64,000 bases of DNA from an uncultured Dehalococcoidia bacterium (GTDB lineage Bacteria > Chloroflexota > Dehalococcoidia > DSTF01 > JACRBR01): contig CAYWOO010000042.1 in NCBI GenBank assembly GCA_964458665.1, forward strand, positions 2,987 through 66,986, read 5' to 3'. The translations under genes and the position numbers were made by a program. Positions 19,601 through 28,130 of this stretch are shown piece by piece. The notes beneath the pieces were generated by a model, which made no database searches, was not told where the DNA came from, and worked only from the letters and a program-made list of their open reading frames with translations. The first letter of the stretch is position 1, and each line of letters begins with the position of its first letter.

Positions 19601-20017
19601 ATGGCAGCCTTCAACGACTTCAATCAGAAGATCATGGAAGAGTTCCACGCCAACACCGGCAAGGTCGGCGGACGCTTCGATGGCATCGACATCCTCATCC
19701 TCACCTCGACCGGACGCAAGAGCGGACAGATGCGCTGGCACCCGCTCGCGTACTCGACCGACGGCGACCGCTACGTCATCGTCGCGTCAATGGGCGGTGC
19801 TCCCACCAGCCCCGACTGGTACCACAACCTCGTCGCCAACGGCTCAGCCGTGATCGAAGTCGGCAACGACGTTATCCCCGTCGAAGCGACGATCGCCACC
19901 GGCGCCGACCGCGAACGTCTCTACGCTCAGCACGCCGCGCGCATGCCGGCGTTCACCGGCTACGCGAAGAACACGACCCGCGAGATCCCCGTCGTCGTGC
20001 TGACGCGTAAGAGCTGA
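19601..20017 (+). CDS. Nitroreductase-family deazaflavin (F420)-dependent oxidoreductase (DDN/DUF385)
   Basis: Family blocks: FNQKIMEEFHANTGKVGG, LTSTGRKSGQ, YVIVASMGGAPTSPDWYHNL, IPVVVL. Confidence 0.85.
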   Translation: MAAFNDFNQKIMEEFHANTGKVGGRFDGIDILILTSTGRKSGQMRWHPLAYSTDGDRYVIVASMGGAPTSPDWYHNLVANGSAVIEVGNDVIPVEATIATGADRERLYAQHAARMPAFTGYAKNTTREIPVVVLTRKS

Positions 20018-20065
20018 CGAAGTGATGCGTTTCCCTCCGATGGCGGTGTTCTTGCGCCACATTAT

Positions 20066-20137
20066 CCTTTCGCCCCCGACCTCCCAACGAAAGGTTAAGG
20101 TGCTATCCTTTCGCTAATCCTCGCCCAGCGAAAGGAT
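20066..20137 (+). promoter_or_regulatory. Tandem hairpin leader of fic with four alternately complementary segments; the second hairpin sequesters the SD
   Basis: Hairpin 1 pairs CCTTTCG (20066-72) with CGAAAGG (20088-94). Hairpin 2 pairs ATCCTTTCGC (20105-14) with GCGAAAGGAT (20128-37). The AAAGGA SD lies in the last arm, 8 nt before ATG 20145. Confidence 0.5.
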
Positions 20138-20144
20138 CTCGCCT

Positions 20145-21323
20145 ATGCGTGGCCGATACGTCCGCAAGACCTGGCAGCACAACCCCGACCTCTACGCGCC
20201 CGCCCGCTATCGCAAGGCATGCACCTACGATGCTTTCATCCCCGATGGCGTCGAAGGCCTACAGCTCCAACTGCCCGGCGAACTCGTCGCAGCGATCTCG
20301 GAAGCCGAGAACGCGATCGCCCGCCTCAATTCCGGATCGACGCCTCATCTCGCTCCTCTTGCTCGTCTTCTCCTGCGAACGGAATCGATCGCATCGTCCA
20401 AGGTGGAAGGTCTACAGGTCAATGCTCGCGCTCTTGCGCGCGCCGAAGCAAAGCAGGATGCCGGGCGCAGCATCGGCGCCGACGCCGTAGAGATCCTGGC
20501 GAGCGTCGACGCGATGGAACTCGCGATCGAACGAGCGGTGGACGGACGTGACATCCAGCTAGGCGATCTGCGCGACATCCACACCGCGCTACTCGCGCGC
20601 TCCTCGCCCAGGATCGCTGGCAACATCCGCACCGTGCAGAACTGGATCGGCGGCAACGACCACAACCCCTGCGGCGCGGTCTTTGTCCCACCACCCCCGG
20701 AACTGGTCGGCGATTTGTTGGCCGATCTCTGCGCCTTCAGCAACGACGATGCGCTTCCACCGCTCGTGCAGGCCGCCATCGCACATGCGCAGTTCGAAAC
20801 CATCCATCCGTTCGAGGATGGCAATGGGCGCACCGGGCGCGCGCTCGTACAGGTCGTCCTGCGACGCAGAGGCATCGCGTCGTCGTACGTCCCGCCGATC
20901 AGCGTGATGCTCGCCAAGCACAAAGACACGTACTTGCTGGGACTGACAGACTTCCGCGGAGGCAACGTCGATGCGTGGCTCGCCGTCTTCGCGGAAGCGA
21001 CAGCATCGGCCGCTGCACTGGCGCGCCGCTACATCGGCCTGCTGGCCGAAACGCGAGAGCGATGGCGGGACCAACTGCGTACGATCCAGCCGCGCTCCGA
21101 CGCTGCCGCCTGGTCGATCATCGACCTCCTTCCAGCGCATCCCGTGATCACCGTACGCACCGCCGTCGCGGCGACTGGCCGCACACGGCCCGCCATCGTC
21201 AACGCGCTCGATCAACTCACCGCGACCGGCGTCCTGCTGCCGATCGCGGAATCGCCCAGAAACAGGGCGTGGGAAGCTGCCGGCTTGCTGGAACTGATCG
21301 TCGGCTTGGAAGAAGGAACGTAG
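20145..21323 (+). CDS. fic: Fic family protein (class II: N-terminal inhibitory motif; C-terminal wHTH-like domain)
   Basis: Fic core HPFEDGNGRTGRAL and the inhibitory-helix motif S-x-x-x-E-G (SSKVEG). Confidence 0.9.
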   Translation: MRGRYVRKTWQHNPDLYAPARYRKACTYDAFIPDGVEGLQLQLPGELVAAISEAENAIARLNSGSTPHLAPLARLLLRTESIASSKVEGLQVNARALARAEAKQDAGRSIGADAVEILASVDAMELAIERAVDGRDIQLGDLRDIHTALLARSSPRIAGNIRTVQNWIGGNDHNPCGAVFVPPPPELVGDLLADLCAFSNDDALPPLVQAAIAHAQFETIHPFEDGNGRTGRALVQVVLRRRGIASSYVPPISVMLAKHKDTYLLGLTDFRGGNVDAWLAVFAEATASAAALARRYIGLLAETRERWRDQLRTIQPRSDAAAWSIIDLLPAHPVITVRTAVAATGRTRPAIVNALDQLTATGVLLPIAESPRNRAWEAAGLLELIVGLEEGT

Positions 21324-21330
21324 CTGTCGA

Positions 21331-21361
21331 TTCGCGACCGAGACCTCGCGCGAGTCGCGAA
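21331..21361. terminator. Hairpin between the convergent fic and mutL genes
   Basis: TTCGCGAC-15 nt-GTCGCGAA fills the 38-nt gap between the two stop codons. Confidence 0.45.
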
Positions 21362-23146
21362 CTACTTCCGCCGGAACTCCCGCGCGATCGCATCCGCAGT
21401 CAGATGGATCATTGTCGGGCGGCCGTGCGGGCAGGTGCGGGGCGATTCGCTCGATTCGAGCTGCTGGAGCAGTTCGCGTTGCTCGACGGGCGACATCGCC
21501 ATGCCGGCACGGACGGCGGCGTGGCACGCCAGCGACGCGGCGACACGATGCTGTGGGTCGCGCGACGCCTCGCTCTGCGCATCCGCATCGCGCGCGATGC
21601 GATCGAGCAGCTCAGCGATATGACGCGGCACGTCGTCGCCGGCCAGCTGCGACGGCACGGTGCGCACGACGAACGCCGAGTCGCCGAAGTGTTCGATGTC
21701 GAAGCCGAGCCCCTCGAACGCGGCCGCATGTTCGGCGACGAGCGCTCGATGCGGCGCGCTCAGCTCGATCGTCAATGGCTCCAGCAGCCCCTGCACGTCG
21801 GGAGTACCCGCGCGCACCGCCGCCAGCGCGTGCTCGTACAGCACGCGCTCGTGCGCGGCGTGCTGGTCGACGAGATACATGCCGTCCGGCCCCTCGGCGA
21901 TGACGTACGTGTTGCCGGCCTGCCCGACCGCACGCAGCAGCGGCAGCCGCTCGATCATCGTCGCGGCGCTCACCGCTTCCCGGCTTGTACTCCTCCTCTC
22001 CCCTTGTGGGAGAGGGGGCTGGGGGGTGAGGGCCGGCCGCACCGAAAGCAGCGCCGACTGCACCGGCGTCTGCGTCAGGAACAGCGGTGGTCGCTCCGAC
22101 GGCGGCGCGCTGCCGCCAGCCCAGAGCGACGGCGACGCCGGCGGCACGGTCGCGCTATCGGAGAGCACACGCCGCACGGCGCGCTGCAGCACGCCGAAGA
22201 CGGCGCGCTCGTTGCGCAACCGCACTTCGGCCTTCGTCGGATGCACGTTGACGTCGACTTCGTCCGGCGGGATGCGCAGATCGAGCACGGCGATCGGATG
22301 GCGGCCGAAGGGCAGCATGCCCTGGTACGCCTCCTCGACGGCGAACGTCAGCGCCCGATTCTTCACCCAGCGCCGATTCACATAGAGCCCGATGTAGTTG
22401 CGCGACGCGCGATGCATCCGCGGATCGACGACGATGCCTCGTACGCCGACAGCGCCATCATGCTCGGGCGGCGCATCGATCTCGATGGCGGCCGCGGCTA
22501 TGTCGGCGCCGTACACCGCGGCGACAGCATCGGTCAGGCTGCCTCCGCCCGGCGTCTGCAGCGTCGTGCGGCCGTCGATGACGAGGTCGAATCGCACCTC
22601 CGGATAGGCCATCGCGTAGTGGCTGATCACCGACGTCACCTGCGTCGATTCGCTTCCCGGCGATCGGACGAACTTCAGGCGCGCCGGCTGCGACGAGAAG
22701 AGCCGCCGCACGCTGAACACCGTGCCGGGCGAAGCGGCGCCCGACCCCTCTTCGGCCACCTCGCCGTCGCGCACGCGGATCCGCGCGCCGACATCGTTGC
22801 CGGCCACACGCGAGATCAGCTCGACCTCGCCAGCGGCAGCGATGCTGGGCAGCGCTTCGCCGCGGAAGCCCAGTGTGGCGATGCGCCAGAGGTCCTCTTC
22901 GGCCGCCACCTTGCTCGTCGCGTGGCGCTCGAACGCCAGCCGCAGTTCGCCCGGTTCGATGCCGCAGCCGTTATCGGCGACGCGGATCAGCGCCAGCCCG
23001 CCTTCGCGCACCTCGACCGAGATCTGCGTGGCGCCAGCGTCCAGCGAGTTTTCAATAAGCTCTTTGACGACGGAAGCGGGGCGCTCGATCACCTCGCCGG
23101 CCGCGATCTTCGCCGCCTCGTGCGGAGCAAGGATCCGAATCGGCAT
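21362..23146 (-). CDS. mutL: DNA mismatch repair protein MutL
   Basis: N-terminal GHKL ATPase (IAAGEVIERPASVVKELIENSLDAG, DNGCGI) and C-terminal dimerisation domain (ACHAAVRAG, CPHGRPT). ATG 23146 follows AAGGAGG. Confidence 0.93.
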   Translation of the reverse strand: MPIRILAPHEAAKIAAGEVIERPASVVKELIENSLDAGATQISVEVREGGLALIRVADNGCGIEPGELRLAFERHATSKVAAEEDLWRIATLGFRGEALPSIAAAGEVELISRVAGNDVGARIRVRDGEVAEEGSGAASPGTVFSVRRLFSSQPARLKFVRSPGSESTQVTSVISHYAMAYPEVRFDLVIDGRTTLQTPGGGSLTDAVAAVYGADIAAAAIEIDAPPEHDGAVGVRGIVVDPRMHRASRNYIGLYVNRRWVKNRALTFAVEEAYQGMLPFGRHPIAVLDLRIPPDEVDVNVHPTKAEVRLRNERAVFGVLQRAVRRVLSDSATVPPASPSLWAGGSAPPSERPPLFLTQTPVQSALLSVRPALTPQPPLPQGERRSTSREAVSAATMIERLPLLRAVGQAGNTYVIAEGPDGMYLVDQHAAHERVLYEHALAAVRAGTPDVQGLLEPLTIELSAPHRALVAEHAAAFEGLGFDIEHFGDSAFVVRTVPSQLAGDDVPRHIAELLDRIARDADAQSEASRDPQHRVAASLACHAAVRAGMAMSPVEQRELLQQLESSESPRTCPHGRPTMIHLTADAIAREFRRK

Positions 23147-23180
23147 CGTCGCGACCTCCTTTCGCGAGGATAGCATGGGC

Positions 23181-23253
23181 GGTCGTCAGTCGTCAGTCAT
23201 CAGTCGTCGGGCAGGCGGCGTTCCTGACGACTAACGACCGACGACGGACGACC
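23181..23253. repeat. Two inverted heptamer arrays (GTCGTCA-type and TGACGAC-type) forming a ~31-bp imperfect palindrome
   Basis: 23181-23211 is complementary to 23223-23253 at 26 of 31 positions, with an 11-nt loop. It sits in the divergent mutL / S8 peptidase intergenic region. Confidence 0.85.
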
Positions 23254-23305
23254 ACCAACATGCTATCCTCGCGGCGTTGGCAGGAGGGCACTGGAGGAAG
23301 AGGCT

Positions 23306-24685
23306 GTGGGTCGGACGCCCTGTGGCGCACGGATGATGGCGCCGCTGATCGTTGCCGTTATGTGCGCCGCAATGCTGGCCGCTTCGCGTGATCGTGCACC
23401 CCTTCCCGGCGTCGCTTACTACGAGCCGACCGGCGCGACCGGCTCGACAGCAATCGTCGTCCGCGCACACAGCAACGGCCGCCTCGATGCCATCGCCGCG
23501 ACGGCATCTCGACACGACTACACGATCGTGGGGCGCGCACCCGATCCACCCGCGCTCGAACTGAGGCCGCCGGTCGGCATCAGCATCGAGCGCGCCGTAA
23601 CGGCGTTCGCGTCGCTGCCCGGCGTCGCGTACGCCGAACCCGCGTACCCGATCCGGCGGAGCGACGTGCCGACCGCGCCGCTATATGCCAAAGAGTCCGC
23701 GTATCTGGCAGCCGTGCACGCGCCCGAGGCCTGGGACATCGAAAAGGGGCGCGCGAGTGTTATCGTCGCGATCCTCGATACCGGCCTCGATGTCACACAT
23801 CCGGACATGCAGGGCCGCGTCTGGACGAATCCCGGGGAGATCGACGCCAACGGCATCGACGACGACGGCAACGGTTGCATCGACGACGCGCATGGCTGCA
23901 CATTCATCGCCAACGCGGCGGACGGTTGCGCATCGCCCTCCAACGGCGACGTGCACGACGATCTGGGCCACGGCACGTTCGTCTCGGGTGTCGTCGCCGC
24001 CAGCGGCAACGGCGGCATGGTGGGCGTCGCGCGCGGCGTCACGATCATGCCGGTGAAAGTGCTCGATTGCACGGGCGGTGGCAGCTCGTTCGCGTTCGCG
24101 CAGGGCATCCTCTACGCCGTGAAGAACGGCGCATCGCTGCTTAACGTCAGCCTCGGCGGGCCGACCGACTCGGCGTACATCCTCGAGGCGATCCGCATCG
24201 CGCGCGACAAGTACGGCGTGCTGCTGGTCGCTGCCACCGGCAACACCGGCGGCGACGTGACCTACCCCGCCCGCTATCCGGAGGTGCTCGCCGTCGGCGC
24301 GGAGTCCGCCGACCATCCAGGACAGCGCGCGCCGTTCTCCGGCGCCGGGCCGGAGGTCGATGTCGTAGCCATCGGCCAGGGTATCGTCGGCACGGTGCCG
24401 AAGGGCGCCTGCCACACGTTCCTCATCTGCGCGCCCGGCGATGACTTGCACGCCATCGGCGACGGTACATCGTTTGCCGCACCGCAGGTGACAGGGTTGG
24501 TGGCGTTGATGCTCTCGCGCAACCGCTACCTGACGCCCGACCAGATCATCAGCGTGGTAAAGGCTACCGCCGACTTGCGCGTGGGCGGCGAGCCGCCGGG
24601 TTGGGCGGGCGCCGGCCGCATCAACATGCTGCGCGCCTTGACGCCGCAGTTCCGCCTCGGTGCGCCAGGCACGACGCGCGGATAG
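23306..24685 (+). CDS. S8 family (subtilisin-like) serine peptidase, secreted
   Basis: Catalytic triad contexts AILDTGLD, HGTFVSG and GTSFAAPQVTG, plus a signal-like N-terminus. GTG 23306 follows GGAGGAAGAGG; an alternative ATG lies at 23333. Confidence 0.88.
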   Translation: MGRTPCGARMMAPLIVAVMCAAMLAASRDRAPLPGVAYYEPTGATGSTAIVVRAHSNGRLDAIAATASRHDYTIVGRAPDPPALELRPPVGISIERAVTAFASLPGVAYAEPAYPIRRSDVPTAPLYAKESAYLAAVHAPEAWDIEKGRASVIVAILDTGLDVTHPDMQGRVWTNPGEIDANGIDDDGNGCIDDAHGCTFIANAADGCASPSNGDVHDDLGHGTFVSGVVAASGNGGMVGVARGVTIMPVKVLDCTGGGSSFAFAQGILYAVKNGASLLNVSLGGPTDSAYILEAIRIARDKYGVLLVAATGNTGGDVTYPARYPEVLAVGAESADHPGQRAPFSGAGPEVDVVAIGQGIVGTVPKGACHTFLICAPGDDLHAIGDGTSFAAPQVTGLVALMLSRNRYLTPDQIISVVKATADLRVGGEPPGWAGAGRINMLRALTPQFRLGAPGTTRG

Positions 24686-24752
24686 ACGGGGGTGGATAGT
24701 GACCAGTGGCCCGTGAATGGCCAACGGCGTCCGAGCCTCTGTCCGTACTTTC

Positions 24753-24787
24753 CACCAGTCACCAGTCACCAGTCACTAGTCACCACC
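24753..24787. repeat. Heptanucleotide tandem array (CACCAGT x3, CACTAGT, CACCACC)
   Basis: 7-nt periodicity overlapping the stop codon and last codons of the minus-strand PPOX gene. Confidence 0.85.
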
Positions 24788-25184
24788 CGCTGACCTTCTC
24801 TGGGACGATCCGCAGCATGATGTTGTTGGTGTGCATGTTCTCGCCGATGTAGCGCGTGCCGTTCTCTTCACCGAGATAGCTGATCGCCAGCGCCAGGCGC
24901 CATTCGCGGCCGGGCGCCTCCTCGACGACAACGCGAGCGCGGACGAGCACCGTGTGGTACGGCGCGCGCTCGTCGTCGATGCAGAACGCAACGCGTGGAT
25001 CACGTTCGATGTTCTTGTGCTTCTGCGAACCGCGCTCGGTCAGTACGAGGAATACGCCGTCCTCGAACTTGTACCAGACCGGCGCGATGTGCGGCGTGCC
25101 ATCGCGATTCGTCGTGCCGAGCCGCCCGATGCGCGCCCTGTCGACGAACTTCAACTGTCGGTCGGTGAAGGTACTGTCAGTCAC
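24780..25184 (-). CDS. PPOX-class (pyridoxamine 5'-phosphate oxidase-like) probable F420-dependent enzyme
   Basis: Family blocks RIGRLGTTNRDGTPHIAPVWY...RDPRVAF. GTG 25184 overlaps the mutS stop (GTGA). Confidence 0.8.
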   Translation of the reverse strand: MTDSTFTDRQLKFVDRARIGRLGTTNRDGTPHIAPVWYKFEDGVFLVLTERGSQKHKNIERDPRVAFCIDDERAPYHTVLVRARVVVEEAPGREWRLALAISYLGEENGTRYIGENMHTNNIMLRIVPEKVSGW

Positions 25185-27841
25185 GATTCCTCCTGTCCTG
25201 CGCCGGAGCGGGCGCGGTCGCGCAATTCGTACAGTACACGCATGGCGTCGAGCGGCGTCATCGCGTCAAGATCGATCCCCGCCAGCTCGCGGCGCAAGCC
25301 GTCGTCTGGCGGCGTCGCGGCGAACAGCGAGAGCTGCGGCGCGTCAGCCGCGCGAGCGGATCCGGTGCGTTCGCGGCCGTCCGTCTCCAGCTCCAGCAAC
25401 ACCTCGCGGGCGCGCTGCACGACGGCCTTCGGCAGACCGGCCAGCTCGGCCACATGCACACCGTAGCTGCGATCCGCGCCGCCCGGCACAATGCGCCGCA
25501 GGAACACGATGCGCCCGCGTTCCTCTGCCACGGCGACGTTGAAGTTGCGCACGCGCGGCAGATGCCCCGCCAGATCGACCAGCTCGTGATAGTGCGTCGC
25601 GAACAGCGTCTTCGCCTGCAGGCCCGGACGGTTGTGCAGGTACTCGACGACAGCGCGGGCGATCGCCATGCCGTCGTACGTGCTGGTGCCGCGGCCGATC
25701 TCGTCGAGAATGACCAGCGAGCGCGCCGTTGCGTTGTGGAGGATCGCGCTCGTTTCGATCATCTCCACCATGAAGGTCGACTGCCCGGACGTCAGGTCGT
25801 CCCCGGCGCCGACGCGCGTGAAGACGCGGTCGGCGACGCCGATCGCGGCCGCTGACGCCGGCACGAAGCTGCCGCACTGCGCCATCAGGACGATCACAGC
25901 CACCTGGCGCAGGTACGTCGATTTCCCCGCCATGTTGGGCCCGGTGATGATGCCGATCTGCGCGCCGCTCGACGAGAGCGACGTATCATTCGGCACGAAC
26001 GCGCCTGCCGCCAGCGAACGCTCGACCATCGGGTGCCGCCCGTCGCGGATCTCGATGGCATCGCCCGTGTCCAGCGACGGGCGGGCGTAGTTGTAGCGCG
26101 CCGCCGCCTCGGCCAGCCCCCAGGCAACGTCCAGCTCTGCCACGGCGCCGGCGGTTGCCAGCAGGTGCACCGCGGCCGCCGAGACCTGAGCGCACACCTG
26201 GCGAAAGATTGCCGTCTCGATCTCGGCGGCGCGATCCTTCGCAGTGAGTATCTGGCTCTCGTACTCGCGCAGCTGCGGCGTGGCGTAACGCTCGGCGTTC
26301 ACCAGCGACTGGCGGCGCTCGTAGTGCTCCGGCGCCTGCGCTGCGTTCGCTTTGGTGATCTCGATGTAGTAGCCGAAGACGCGATTGTAGCCGACCTTCA
26401 GCGACTTGATGCCCGTCCGCTCGCGCTCGCCCGCCTCCAGCTCGGCGACGAACCGCCGCACGTCGCGTGTGATCAGCCGCAGATGGTCCAGCTCCTCCGA
26501 GAACCCAGGCCGCACGACGTTGCCGGCTTCGAGCGTCGCGCCCGGATCGTCGTTGATCGCCTGCGCGATCGCTGCCGCGACGTCGTCGCACGGCCGCAGC
26601 CGTCCTGCGATCTCGGTGATGCGCGCGTCAAACTCGCCTTCACTACCGCTCGTCGAGAGTTCCGCGCGCAGACGCGGAATCAGCTCCAACCCGCGCCGCA
26701 GCGCCACCACCTCACGCGGCTGCGCGGACCCAGCGACGATGCGGCCGGCGAGACGCTCGATGTCGGGCATCTCGCGCAGCATGTCGGAGAGCCGGGCGCG
26801 GCGCATGGCGCTCTCGTGGCAGTACGCTACGGCGTCGAGCCGGCGATCGATCGCGGCGATATCGACGAGCGGCTGGCCGAGGCGGCGGCGCAGCAGCCGC
26901 GCTCCCATCGACGTACTCGTGAGGTCCAGCGTCGCCAGCAGCGAGCCGTCGCGGCGCAGGTCGCGGCCGGCCGTGAACAGCTCCAGGTTGCGCATCGTGT
27001 GCGCATCGAGGCCAGCGTACTCGGCAGCGCGATGCGCGCGGATCGACGCAATGAGCGCGATGCTCGCCGCCTGATTCTCGCGCAGGTACATCAGCACACC
27101 ACCACACGCCGGCACCGCCGCCGATGCCCGATCGATGCCGAACGCCTCGGGCGAGGCGACGCGGAAGTGTTCCTGCACTGTTACGGTCGCCAGATCATGG
27201 TCGAACCACAGCGGCTCTACACTCGTCACGTGCATCGACGCATCGAGCCACGGCGGTGGGGCCGCGCCATCCGGGATCAGCACCTCGGCCGGACGAATGC
27301 GCGCGAGTTCCTCGGCGGCCTGCGCCTGCGCCAGCGCGCCGGCGACGAACTCGCCCGTGCTGATATCGATGTACGCGAATCCGACGTCGCCCTGCCACGG
27401 GTCAGTGCTCCCGGACCGGGCGCGGCGCGACGGCGCTAGGCACGCCAGGTAGTTGTTCGCCCGCTCGTCAAGCAGGTTGCCTTCGATGACGGTGCCCGGC
27501 GTCACAACGCGCACGACCTGACGATCGACGATGCCCTTGCTCGTCGCCGGGTCGCTCATCTGCTCGCACAGTGCGACCTTGTAGCCTTTGGCGATCAGTT
27601 TGGCGATGTAGCCGTCGACTGCGTGATACGGGATACCCGCGAGCGGCACCCGCAGACCCTTGCCCATCGGCTTCGAAGTGAGCGTTATGTCCAGTTCACG
27701 CGAGCACAGCTCCGCGTCGTCGTCGAACGTCTCGTAGAAATCACCCAGCCGGAAGAAGACGATGGCGTGCGGATAGCGCCGTTTCACGTCGAGGTATTGC
27801 CGGCGGATGGGGCTGAGGGCGTCCACGACGGGAGTGTACAA
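25181..27841 (-). CDS. mutS: DNA mismatch repair protein MutS
   Basis: N-terminal mismatch-binding block (TPIRRQYLDVKRRYPHAIVFFRLGDFYETF), Walker A GPNMAGKST, DEIGRGTSTYDG. Confidence 0.95.
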   Translation of the reverse strand: MYTPVVDALSPIRRQYLDVKRRYPHAIVFFRLGDFYETFDDDAELCSRELDITLTSKPMGKGLRVPLAGIPYHAVDGYIAKLIAKGYKVALCEQMSDPATSKGIVDRQVVRVVTPGTVIEGNLLDERANNYLACLAPSRRARSGSTDPWQGDVGFAYIDISTGEFVAGALAQAQAAEELARIRPAEVLIPDGAAPPPWLDASMHVTSVEPLWFDHDLATVTVQEHFRVASPEAFGIDRASAAVPACGGVLMYLRENQAASIALIASIRAHRAAEYAGLDAHTMRNLELFTAGRDLRRDGSLLATLDLTSTSMGARLLRRRLGQPLVDIAAIDRRLDAVAYCHESAMRRARLSDMLREMPDIERLAGRIVAGSAQPREVVALRRGLELIPRLRAELSTSGSEGEFDARITEIAGRLRPCDDVAAAIAQAINDDPGATLEAGNVVRPGFSEELDHLRLITRDVRRFVAELEAGERERTGIKSLKVGYNRVFGYYIEITKANAAQAPEHYERRQSLVNAERYATPQLREYESQILTAKDRAAEIETAIFRQVCAQVSAAAVHLLATAGAVAELDVAWGLAEAAARYNYARPSLDTGDAIEIRDGRHPMVERSLAAGAFVPNDTSLSSSGAQIGIITGPNMAGKSTYLRQVAVIVLMAQCGSFVPASAAAIGVADRVFTRVGAGDDLTSGQSTFMVEMIETSAILHNATARSLVILDEIGRGTSTYDGMAIARAVVEYLHNRPGLQAKTLFATHYHELVDLAGHLPRVRNFNVAVAEERGRIVFLRRIVPGGADRSYGVHVAELAGLPKAVVQRAREVLLELETDGRERTGSARAADAPQLSLFAATPPDDGLRRELAGIDLDAMTPLDAMRVLYELRDRARSGAGQEES

Positions 27842-28130
27842 TCGCCGGTTCGCAGTTCACAGCCGATAGCGCGTGTTTGCGGCGGGTGGTAACGATGTTG
27901 ACGCTGAGAGCGTTGAAAGATCGGCGGCCCTCGCGTGGCCTTGGGCGCGGTATACTGCTGCGCCTTCCAATCGGGCACACGCAGCTATTCTGGCCGCTCC
28001 ACGGAGGCTACCGCAGCTTGGGCGCCGACCCACATATCGCGTCGTTTCTGAGTATCCGTTGCCCGCGCGCCAGCCGCGCCGTGACAGACGCACGCTCAGC
28101 GTCAACCCGGACGAACCGCACGGAGACATC

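Noticed and set aside
20975-23173. A 732-aa plus-strand ORF antisense to mutL.
   Set aside because: Same artefact. The MutL motifs lie on the minus strand, and this translation is Arg-rich and low-complexity.
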